Of a DNA stretch of 64,000 bases, positions 8,516 through 16,506 are shown one piece after another. The notes below the pieces were generated by a model, which did no database searches, was not told the origin of the DNA, and worked only from the letters and a program-made list of their open reading frames with translations. This stretch comes from Treponemataceae bacterium (GTDB taxonomy: Bacteria > Spirochaetota > Spirochaetia > Treponematales > Rectinemataceae), in NCBI GenBank assembly GCA_963678065.2, contig CAXXVZ010000005.1:608001-672000 (forward strand). Direction: 5' to 3'. A program made the position numbers and the translations under genes. Position 1 is the stretch's first letter. Every line of letters starts with the position of its first letter.

Positions 8516-10450
8516 ATGGACCTGTCGGAACGGCAGACAAAAATCCTCAAACTTCTGGCCGGCTCCGGCGTCTGGGTCGACAACCACTCCCTCGCGCTCG
8601 CCATCGAGAACACCGGGAGGGAAACACTCCGCAAGGAAATCTCCGCTCTCGAAGAGCTCGGCCTTCTCATACGGGCACACGGCAAGACCAGGATCAGGCG
8701 CGAAAACCTCACGAGAGAGATCCTGAAAGTCATCGGCCTCCTCTCCAAAACGGACCGCCAGGAGGAGATACTCGGGATCCTCGAAAAAACCCATTCGGTC
8801 AGGATCGCGAGCCTCGCGGAAATCTTCCACGTGGCCGAAGCGACAATCCGGAACGATGTCGCTGAACTGCTGCCTTCCGATCGGATCAAATGGCAGTACG
8901 GCAAAGTGCACTACCTGCCGAAGATCCGGACCCCCGGAATGGACATCCTTTCTCCGGATTTCATCTATCCCGATCACGTGCAACACGTCGCCGACCGCGC
9001 TTCCCAGTTCATAACCTTCGGCGACAGCATCTTCCTCGACTCCAGCAGCTACTCGCTCTGCGTCCTCGGCCACATCGACGCCGCGATGGAACTCGTGATC
9101 TTCACGGACAGTTTCCGGATTCCCATGCTGGCGGCACAGAGGAACATGAAGGCGGATATCCGCATCCTCGGCGGAAGCGTCGACCTTGCCGCGCTCACGA
9201 CGGCCGGGCCCTGCCCGGCTCTGGAAACGGCCGACAAGGCTTTCGCAGAAATCGGGAGCACGAAGGAAGGAGAGCTCCGCCATCGGGACGGGCATGCATG
9301 CCGCATCCTTGAAACCCTTCTGCCGGGTTCGTGCAGCTTTTTCTTCTACCTTCCGCCCGAAGCAACCTTTAGCGCAACGCAGGGCGACCTGACCGAAGTC
9401 ACAACCGAAGTCACGACCGAAGCCGCAACCCAAACCGCGGCACCGAGAATCGGCATCCAGGCAGAGCGCATCGGCGAAATCATCCTGTCCGAACCATCCT
9501 CCGCGCTCGCGACCTGCGCGCGCGAAGGAATCCCGACCTCCATCGCCCGCGACAGCCATGTCGTCATGAATCCACTGGGCGAAGTGCGGAGGATCGGCGT
9601 CGCAACGCTGGACGCCTCGCACGAGTTTTCCCAGCGCTTCATCAACAACCTCCAGCTGCACATCCGCGCCCTGCCCGACTACCGCTTCTTCATCGCGGAC
9701 AACCGGATGGACTCAGACACGACCCTGGCCAATCTCGATCTTTTCGTCAGGGAAAAGGCCGACATCATCATCGAGTACCAGCACGAGCACAAGCTGGGCA
9801 GAATCATTTCCGAGAAGATGTGCCGCGCGGGCATTCCCATTCTCGCCATCGACATCGCCATCCCCGGGGCGTATTACTTCGGAGCCAACAATTACGAGGC
9901 CGGGAGGATCGCGGGGACAGAGCTCGCGAGAATCGCCCTGGCGCGCTGGCAGGGAACACAAGGGACTCAGGGAATTCCGGTCAACCTCGTCATCATCACC
10001 GACAAGGGAGCGGGCGAATCGGCGGAAAACCGCGTCGCAGGAACGATCGACGCGTTCCGCGAGCTCGTCCAGATACCGGATCGCAGGATCACGATCCTCA
10101 ACTCCGAAAACGACGTGCTGAGCGCCGAAAAGGTCGTCCTGGACCAGCTTTTCGTGCCCGAAGGATCGGCTTGCGCGATTTCCTGCGTCAACGCAAACCT
10201 CGCGATGGGCACGATCCGGGCCGTCCAGCAGAAAAACCTCAGGAACACAGTGATCGCGGCGCAGAACGACACGCTCGAACTCATGAAAGAGCTCAAGGAT
10301 CCGTCTTCGCGGCTCGCGGGCGTCGTGGCCTACCATCCGGAAAGCTACAGCGACCGCATCCTCAAGCTCGCAAGTATGCTCCTCGCCGGCAAGCCGGTGG
10401 CGCCCGCCACCTACGTGGACCACACCTGGATTCCCTCGACGGCTTCGTGA
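8516..10450 (+). CDS. DeoR-type regulator: two HTH-like segments, a DeoR sensor domain and a fused C-terminal sugar-binding (PBP1) domain
   Basis: RETLRKEISALEELGLLIRAHG and VAEATIRNDVAEL HTH-like segments; GDSIFLDSS; GANNYEAGRIAG. No TM segment. Start uncertain (8450-8516). Confidence 0.78.
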   Translation: MDLSERQTKILKLLAGSGVWVDNHSLALAIENTGRETLRKEISALEELGLLIRAHGKTRIRRENLTREILKVIGLLSKTDRQEEILGILEKTHSVRIASLAEIFHVAEATIRNDVAELLPSDRIKWQYGKVHYLPKIRTPGMDILSPDFIYPDHVQHVADRASQFITFGDSIFLDSSSYSLCVLGHIDAAMELVIFTDSFRIPMLAAQRNMKADIRILGGSVDLAALTTAGPCPALETADKAFAEIGSTKEGELRHRDGHACRILETLLPGSCSFFFYLPPEATFSATQGDLTEVTTEVTTEAATQTAAPRIGIQAERIGEIILSEPSSALATCAREGIPTSIARDSHVVMNPLGEVRRIGVATLDASHEFSQRFINNLQLHIRALPDYRFFIADNRMDSDTTLANLDLFVREKADIIIEYQHEHKLGRIISEKMCRAGIPILAIDIAIPGAYYFGANNYEAGRIAGTELARIALARWQGTQGTQGIPVNLVIITDKGAGESAENRVAGTIDAFRELVQIPDRRITILNSENDVLSAEKVVLDQLFVPEGSACAISCVNANLAMGTIRAVQQKNLRNTVIAAQNDTLELMKELKDPSSRLAGVVAYHPESYSDRILKLASMLLAGKPVAPATYVDHTWIPSTAS

Positions 10451-10469
10451 CAGCCGCTTCGTGACAGCC
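10442..10469 (+). repeat. 14-bp perfect tandem duplication spanning the stop codon
   Basis: GCTTCGTGACAGCC x2. Confidence 0.9.
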
Positions 10470-10542
10470 GCATCCTGACGACCACACCGTGACGACGTCG
10501 CCGTGCGGCCAAAGACGCGGCGCGGCTTACCGGACACCGGGT

Positions 10543-11475
10543 TTACGGGGATGCGGGCAGGTCCATCTGCCTACGCAGCCAGGCCAGGGATTCGACAAGT
10601 TGCGTCTCCAGATGGCTGTCCGAGTAGTCGCGGCCGAGCTTGGGGCCGCCGATTTCGAGGTAACCGACCAGATTCCGGACGGGCCACTCGGACTCATGTT
10701 CGCGGATGAGGGAAAAAAGGCGACGCGCGTCGACGATGCCCCGCGCCCGGTCCGCCTCGGTGAAGCCGAAGGTCGACGAGAACAGCGCGTCGGTGTTCTT
10801 GATATGGAACTCGCAGGTCCAGGGGATTCCGGCGACGAAGAGTTCTTCGTTGGAATAGACCAGCCTGCCGCCGGAATCGGCGTAGCCGTGGGAGATGTCG
10901 CTGCAGAGGTAGACGGGGACCGTATCGCCCGGATGGGCGGCGTGAAACTCGCCGAGCTCCGTCATGAGTGCGGCGATTTCATCGGGAGTCGTCGGGGGTT
11001 CGGCGAGGCAGCTCATGGGCTCGATCGTGAGGGCGCAAAGTCCCAGATCTCTCGCCTTGCGGGCCAGCTCTTTCATATGGCGGATGTAGCGACGAAGCCC
11101 CTCGGCCTTCGACTCCATCCTGTCGCGGTAGAGGGCGCCGGGGTTGGAGCCGACATAGTCAGCGCCGACGAGGGCTGCCACTTCGATAAGACGCTCGTAG
11201 TTCCTGCGCGCGGCCTTCTCCATCCATTCATTGCCCGTGAAAAACCCGCCGAGTTCTCGGTGGGCGGTGAAGACGCTCGATATGCGGATTCCATGATCCG
11301 CCGCAGTTTTTCGCAATTCCCGAAAATACTGGTCGTCGAGATGGTAGAGCTCGAAAAAACTCCCGAGCTGGAGCCTCGTTATGCCCGAGCGGCTCATAAG
11401 CCCGAAAAGCCATTCGAAGGAGTAGCGGTATTCGATGGGGTCACTCTTGAGGCCAAGTTCGATGCTCATGTCCAT
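10543..11475 (-). CDS. Sugar phosphate isomerase/epimerase family (xylose-isomerase-like TIM barrel)
   Basis: Metal-ligand pattern IEPM, DISH, FHIKNTD and YLEI. Confidence 0.78.
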   Translation of the reverse strand: MDMSIELGLKSDPIEYRYSFEWLFGLMSRSGITRLQLGSFFELYHLDDQYFRELRKTAADHGIRISSVFTAHRELGGFFTGNEWMEKAARRNYERLIEVAALVGADYVGSNPGALYRDRMESKAEGLRRYIRHMKELARKARDLGLCALTIEPMSCLAEPPTTPDEIAALMTELGEFHAAHPGDTVPVYLCSDISHGYADSGGRLVYSNEELFVAGIPWTCEFHIKNTDALFSSTFGFTEADRARGIVDARRLFSLIREHESEWPVRNLVGYLEIGGPKLGRDYSDSHLETQLVESLAWLRRQMDLPASP

Positions 11476-11513
11476 TCAGTCTCCTTCCCGGCTCACCGAT
11501 CTGCGCACTCTGT

Positions 11514-12518
11514 TCACAGCGCGAAAACGACTTTGTTGAACCATTCAGCCCTGCCGGCCATCCGGGCGAAGACCTCCGGACCCTCGGCGAGGGTGGGAGT
11601 GTGGCTGACGAGGGACTTGACGTCGATTTCCGAGTCGAGATATCCGAGCACGCGGCTCCACTCGTCCTTGCCTTTGGGCGTCACCTTGGAATTCCATGTG
11701 CCGCGTATCGTGATCTCATTGCGCAGGATGCGGGAAAAATCCTTCTCGGGCACCGAGAAAGTGCCCTGGATGTTGCCCATGAAAACGATCTGACCGAAAC
11801 GCCCTGCGCACTGGATGGCCTGGAGGAAGGTGGCGGGCAGCCCGCAGGCTTCCACGACGCAATCCGCGCCACCGGCGAGGAGGGAGGCCGAAGTGACCGT
11901 CTCGAAGCCGAGTTTTCGCGCGAGGGCGAGCTTACGCTCGTCGACATCGGCCACGTGGATACGGCCGCAGCCTTTGACCCGCAGCCACTGGGCGACCATG
12001 AGTCCGATGGGGCCGCCGCCGATCACGAGAGCGCTCATGCCGGCCTGAATCCGGAGTTTTTCGACGCCGTGCAGGGCGACTGCGCAGGGCTCGGTCATGG
12101 CGGCCGAAAGGAGGTCGACGCGGTCGGGTACCCGGAAGAGGTTGGCCTCGGGGACAAAGACGTACTCGGCGAAGCCGCCATCCCGCCTCGATCCATAATA
12201 ATCGTAGTGTTCGCATTGAGCGTAGTCGCCAGTCTGGCAGGGTCCGCAGATTCCGCATGGGAGGAGGGGGTAGACGACGACGCGGTCGCCCGGCGCGTAC
12301 TCTGAGTCCGCGGGAGCCTCTGCCACTATCCCCGAGAATTCATGCCCCATCACGAGGGGATAATGGTAGGCTTTGCCATGGAAGGCGCGCGGAATGTCGG
12401 AGCCGCAGATTCCCGAGAATTTCACCCGGACGAGGACATCGCGTTCGGAAAGGCGGAGGGGTGATCCCAGTTCCCTGTAGGCGAGCTGGGCGGGGGATTC
12501 GAGCACGAGGGCTTTCAT
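11514..12518 (-). CDS. Zn-dependent polyol dehydrogenase (galactitol-1-phosphate 5-dehydrogenase-like)
   Basis: GICGSD, GHEFSG, CGICGPC...C and GGGPIG motifs. Confidence 0.88.
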   Translation of the reverse strand: MKALVLESPAQLAYRELGSPLRLSERDVLVRVKFSGICGSDIPRAFHGKAYHYPLVMGHEFSGIVAEAPADSEYAPGDRVVVYPLLPCGICGPCQTGDYAQCEHYDYYGSRRDGGFAEYVFVPEANLFRVPDRVDLLSAAMTEPCAVALHGVEKLRIQAGMSALVIGGGPIGLMVAQWLRVKGCGRIHVADVDERKLALARKLGFETVTSASLLAGGADCVVEACGLPATFLQAIQCAGRFGQIVFMGNIQGTFSVPEKDFSRILRNEITIRGTWNSKVTPKGKDEWSRVLGYLDSEIDVKSLVSHTPTLAEGPEVFARMAGRAEWFNKVVFAL

Positions 12519-12561
12519 GCACCCATAATGCACCATTATTCAGGATTAATCAATCTATTTA

Positions 12562-12579
12562 TGATTGTTTTTGATTGAT
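12562..12579. promoter_or_regulatory. Putative DeoR/RhaR operator (copy 1)
   Basis: TGATTGTTTTTGATTGAT, a TGATTG direct repeat with 10-bp period; identical to 29526-29543. Confidence 0.7.
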
Positions 12580-12608
12580 ATTTTTTGGTTTTGATATATA
12601 ATGACTGC

Positions 12609-13397
12609 ATGAGAAACCCTGTCCGACCGATTCTCCTGTCTCCATCCGTCATGTGCGCCGACTTCCTCAATCTTGACAGAGAGATCGAACTTTTCGAGCG
12701 CCTCAAAGTCCCGTTCCTGCACATCGACATCATGGACGGGCACTACGTCCCGAACTTCACGCTGGGGCCGGATTTTTGCGCGCGGCTCGCCGCGCGGACA
12801 AGCATTCCCCTCGATATCCACCTCATGATAGAGGATGTCGATACCTACATCCCGGTCTTCGCGGGTTTCAACTCGCCCTGGATCTGCTTTCACCCCGAAG
12901 TCTCCTACCACCCTCTGCGCACGATCAATCTCATCCGCTCCCGCGGAGCCCGGCCGGGAATCGCCATCGATCCGGCCGCACCGGTGGAGCAGTTCAAGTA
13001 TCTCCTGCCGGAAGTCGACCTCGTCTGTGTCATGACGGTCAATCCGGGATACTCAGGACAGAAACTCATCCCTGCCACCCTCGAAAAAATCGCCGAACTG
13101 CGGGACTACCTCACCCGCGCCAGGCTCGATACCCTCATCGAGGTGGACGGCAATGTCAGCTGGGAACACATCCCCGCGATGGTGAAGGCGGGAGCGGACG
13201 TCCTTGTGGCGGGAACGTCGTCGGTCTTTTCCCGCGAGGCGTCTCGGGAGGAGAACATGCGCAGGATGGGGAAGCTCCTCGGCGAGCTCGCCGCGGGCTC
13301 AGGGGCAGGTTCGGGCTCAGGGGCAGATTCGGGCGCAGGAGCGGGCGGGCAGCCCTGCTCGGAGCCCGCCGGCGCGCACAAGGAAAAAAACAAATGA
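12609..13397 (+). CDS. rpe: Ribulose-phosphate 3-epimerase family (Rpe/AlsE-like)
   Basis: SPSVMCAD, HIDIMDGHYVPNFTLG, DIHLM, MTVNPG and IEVDG motifs. Exact substrate uncertain. Confidence 0.85.
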   Translation: MRNPVRPILLSPSVMCADFLNLDREIELFERLKVPFLHIDIMDGHYVPNFTLGPDFCARLAARTSIPLDIHLMIEDVDTYIPVFAGFNSPWICFHPEVSYHPLRTINLIRSRGARPGIAIDPAAPVEQFKYLLPEVDLVCVMTVNPGYSGQKLIPATLEKIAELRDYLTRARLDTLIEVDGNVSWEHIPAMVKAGADVLVAGTSSVFSREASREENMRRMGKLLGELAAGSGAGSGSGADSGAGAGGQPCSEPAGAHKEKNK

Positions 13398-14572
13398 AAA
13401 ACCTCGTCTACTATCTCGATGCGCCAGGCGGCACATTCCGCCCCGTCGAGGAAGAAATCGGCGACCCGGGACCGGGCGAAATCCGGCTCAAGACTCGGAG
13501 GACATCGGTCTGCCAGTCCGATGTGGTGATCTGGCGCCAGGGACTGCCCCGGATCAGGAAGTGGCCAGCGGTCATCCTGCACGAGGCGAGCTGCATGGTC
13601 GACGCGGTCGGCGCGGGCGTCACGAAGTTCGCTCAAGGCGACCTCGTCGGCCTCGGCTGCGACATCCCTTGCGGGGACAGGTCCTGTGCCTACTGCGGCG
13701 ACGAGGGCACGGGCGACTGGACGAGCTGCCCCAACACGCAGGCTACCGGGCACGAGTTCCCCGGCTTCGCGCGGAAGTTCGCCATCCTTCCCGACTGGTT
13801 CGTCGAACTGGGTCCCATCGTCCGCTTCGATCCTTCGGTGAGTCCTGACCACGCCTGTCAGCTCGAGCCCCTCGCCTGCAACCTGGAAGGCATGACGCGG
13901 GTGTCGGGCTGCATCGAGAGCCGGATCGTCGTCCTCATCGGCTCGGGCTCGCAGAGCAGTTACGCCCTGCAGTGCGCCCTCGCCATGGGCGCCCGCAAGG
14001 TCATCGTGGTCAATCGCGGCGCGAGGCGGCTTGAAAGGGTCATTCGCAGCTTTGGCTGCGACCGCAGCTTCGGCTGCGACCGCAATTTTGACAGCTCCCA
14101 CGGTTCTGGTGTGGGCGCAAGCTCAGGCGAAGGGCGTGTCAGGGGCCTTCTGTGGACGGACGATGTGGCGGAACGGATTCGCGCCGAATGCGCGCCCTTC
14201 AACGAGCCGCATTTCATCATGGTGAACGCCTCTGCGGAAAGCGCATACCGGCTCGCGGTCGGGCTCATGGGCTACGGGACAGTGCTCGATGCCCACGCAG
14301 GAGTGAAAGGCGCGGATGGCAAACCGAGGATAATGCACGAGGTCGATCTCAACAACGACATCCACTACCGCCTGCAGTGCTATCAGGCGACCCACGGATC
14401 GTCGATGCGCGGAATCAGACTCGCCCACAGCCTCATCAACGGAAAAAAGCTGCCCCGCCTCGATCTCATGACCGACAAAACAGAGCGCTTTTCGCACCGC
14501 GAGATCGGGGCGGCCATCGCGCGCGCGGCGGAAGGCGACAGCCTCAAGGTGATCATCGATTGGGATGACTGA
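13394..14572 (+). CDS. Divergent Zn-binding medium-chain dehydrogenase
   Basis: ATG 13394 overlaps the rpe stop; VCQSD, ILHE, structural Cys cluster CGDRSCAYC..C and EPLAC. Confidence 0.75.
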   Translation: MKNLVYYLDAPGGTFRPVEEEIGDPGPGEIRLKTRRTSVCQSDVVIWRQGLPRIRKWPAVILHEASCMVDAVGAGVTKFAQGDLVGLGCDIPCGDRSCAYCGDEGTGDWTSCPNTQATGHEFPGFARKFAILPDWFVELGPIVRFDPSVSPDHACQLEPLACNLEGMTRVSGCIESRIVVLIGSGSQSSYALQCALAMGARKVIVVNRGARRLERVIRSFGCDRSFGCDRNFDSSHGSGVGASSGEGRVRGLLWTDDVAERIRAECAPFNEPHFIMVNASAESAYRLAVGLMGYGTVLDAHAGVKGADGKPRIMHEVDLNNDIHYRLQCYQATHGSSMRGIRLAHSLINGKKLPRLDLMTDKTERFSHREIGAAIARAAEGDSLKVIIDWDD

Positions 14573-14612
14573 AGACTGTCGCAAAGGGGCCACGACATGC
14601 TACCTTTCTCTC

Positions 14613-15392
14613 ATGCTTGAGCGAGAACGGAAACAGACGATTGTCAGATTGCTCGATCTGCACAATTTCGCGACAATCCACGACATCGTCGAGGCGACTG
14701 GGGCTTCCGAGGCCACGATCCGCCGCGATTTCATCGAGATGGAGAAGGTCGAGCTTCTCAGACGAGTCCGGGGAGGCGTGGAAATCGTTCGCGCAGCCGG
14801 GCAGGATGAAGAGTCCGTCGGGGCCGCGGAACCTTCTCTGGACAGCCGGGTCGGCGTCAATCAGGAAAAGAAGCGCCGGATAGCCCGCGAAGCCTGTCAG
14901 AGCATTCAGCCCGGCGACACGATCATGATCGACGGAGGCTCGACGACCTTCCACATGGCCGAATATCTCGCCACGATGGCGATCACCGTCGTCACGAACT
15001 CCTTCGCCATCGCCGAGCACCTCGTCCGGCATTCCGCGTGCACAGTCATACTCCCGGAAGGCGTCGTCAACCCGAAATCCCAGCTCATCCTCAACAACCT
15101 CAGCGCCGATCCCTTCGCCAACTACAACGCCTCGGTCGCATTCATGGGCATCGAGGGCATATCTGAAAACACCCTCACCAACTCGGAGCCCCTCCTCATC
15201 CAGATGGAGCGCGCCATGATCGCCCACTCGCGAAAGCTCGTAATCCTCGCCGACGAGACCAAATTCGGCAAGATCGGCCACCTGACCCTCTGTCCGAGCA
15301 GCCGGGCAACCAGGATCATCACCACGAAGGACGCCGATCCGGAGATAGTCGCGGCGCTGCGCGAAAAAGGGATAGAGATTGTGATCGCGTGA
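14613..15392 (+). CDS. DeoR/GlpR-family repressor resembling alphaproteobacterial RhaR/UlaR
   Basis: TGASEATIRRD, RRVRGG, GDTIMIDGGSTTF, TNSFAIAEHL and LADETKFG motifs. Confidence 0.88.
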   Translation: MLERERKQTIVRLLDLHNFATIHDIVEATGASEATIRRDFIEMEKVELLRRVRGGVEIVRAAGQDEESVGAAEPSLDSRVGVNQEKKRRIAREACQSIQPGDTIMIDGGSTTFHMAEYLATMAITVVTNSFAIAEHLVRHSACTVILPEGVVNPKSQLILNNLSADPFANYNASVAFMGIEGISENTLTNSEPLLIQMERAMIAHSRKLVILADETKFGKIGHLTLCPSSRATRIITTKDADPEIVAALREKGIEIVIA

Positions 15393-15438
15393 GGCCGTTA
15401 CCGTCAGGATTCCATAGTCAAAACTGTGCGGCTGCGGC

Positions 15439-16455
15439 TCATCGCCGATGCCGGGCGGGGCCGGTCGAAGCACGGACGATCAATGACGGCTGGTGCAGAA
15501 GATATCCATAATGGTTCCCGGTCATGGCTTCGCCGAGAAGCTCGAAAGCGGTGCGGCCGATGGTGAAATAATCGGCCCCGATCGTCGTGAGCGGGGGCGT
15601 CACCACGGAGGATAGGTAGATGTTGTCGATTCCGATGACGGAGACATCTCCGGGAACGGCAATGTCTGCCGCGCCGAAGGCTTCGAGGGCTCCGAAGGCC
15701 ATGAGGTCGTTGGTGCAGATGACGGCGGTAAAATCCATGCCGGACTCGAGAAGCCTTCGGGCCATCGCTTTGCCGTCGGCGATGCCGGTGGACAGGGATT
15801 CCGCAGGGGCGAGGACCGAGCACTCATCGAGTCCCAGATTCCGGGCGGCGCTCCTGAATCCTTCTATGCGCCTGTCGTAGATCTCCTTTTCGGCAAGCCC
15901 GCTGAGATACACGATCTTCCTGTGACCGAGCGCCGCCAGGTGCCCGAGGGCCTGCGCCATTCCGGAGGGATAGTCGATCTCGAAACAGGCCGCCTTGTCG
16001 GTCTGTATTCCGTGATTTCCGAACAGGACGATTTTCGTGCCGGACTCGAGGAGCGCGAGGAGTTTCTCGATGTGGAAGCGGTAGGGCAAAACTTCGATCA
16101 GGATTCCGTCGATGCAATGCGTGAGGACGCTTTCGAAATACTTGTCGGCGTGATCCCGTCCGTTGCAGATGTTGACGAGATATCCCTTCATGATCGCGGC
16201 GCTCTCGAATCCCGCGATCATGGGCGAGTAGACGGGATTGGAAATGTCGTTGAGTATCATGGAAAGCTGCATGCTCTGGCGGGTCGAGAGGCTCCGCGCG
16301 ATCTGGCTGGGATGATATCCGAGTTCCAGCGCGGCCGCCCGCACCTGATCGCGTGTCTGTCCGCTGATTTTGGGGCTATCGCTGAAGGCGTAGGAGACTG
16401 TCGCGACCGAAACTCCGGCTTTTTTCGCGACATCGGTCCGCGTCGGGCGCTTCAT
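15439..16455 (-). CDS. LacI-family transcriptional regulator
   Basis: DVAKKAGVSVATVS HTH; CTNDLMAFG, PGDVSVIGID and PPLTT; AGGAGA RBS 9 nt before ATG 16455. Confidence 0.93.
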   Translation of the reverse strand: MKRPTRTDVAKKAGVSVATVSYAFSDSPKISGQTRDQVRAAALELGYHPSQIARSLSTRQSMQLSMILNDISNPVYSPMIAGFESAAIMKGYLVNICNGRDHADKYFESVLTHCIDGILIEVLPYRFHIEKLLALLESGTKIVLFGNHGIQTDKAACFEIDYPSGMAQALGHLAALGHRKIVYLSGLAEKEIYDRRIEGFRSAARNLGLDECSVLAPAESLSTGIADGKAMARRLLESGMDFTAVICTNDLMAFGALEAFGAADIAVPGDVSVIGIDNIYLSSVVTPPLTTIGADYFTIGRTAFELLGEAMTGNHYGYLLHQPSLIVRASTGPARHRR

Positions 16456-16506
16456 CGGCTGCATTCTCCTCAATTTGGCGTCGAAAACGCCCACGGCCCT
16501 TCAACG

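Noticed and set aside
10442..10471. Tandem 14-mer as a CRISPR remnant or target-site duplication
   Set aside because: There are no spacers, cas genes or adjacent mobile element. It is best explained as slippage.
12776..13393. Long N-terminal extensions in ORF-track entries (12776, 5262, 21844, 26268, 57944, 59643, 61663, 53685 and others)
   Set aside because: They are Arg/Pro-rich read-through into neighbouring genes. The true starts have RBSs or ATGA/GTGA coupling further downstream.
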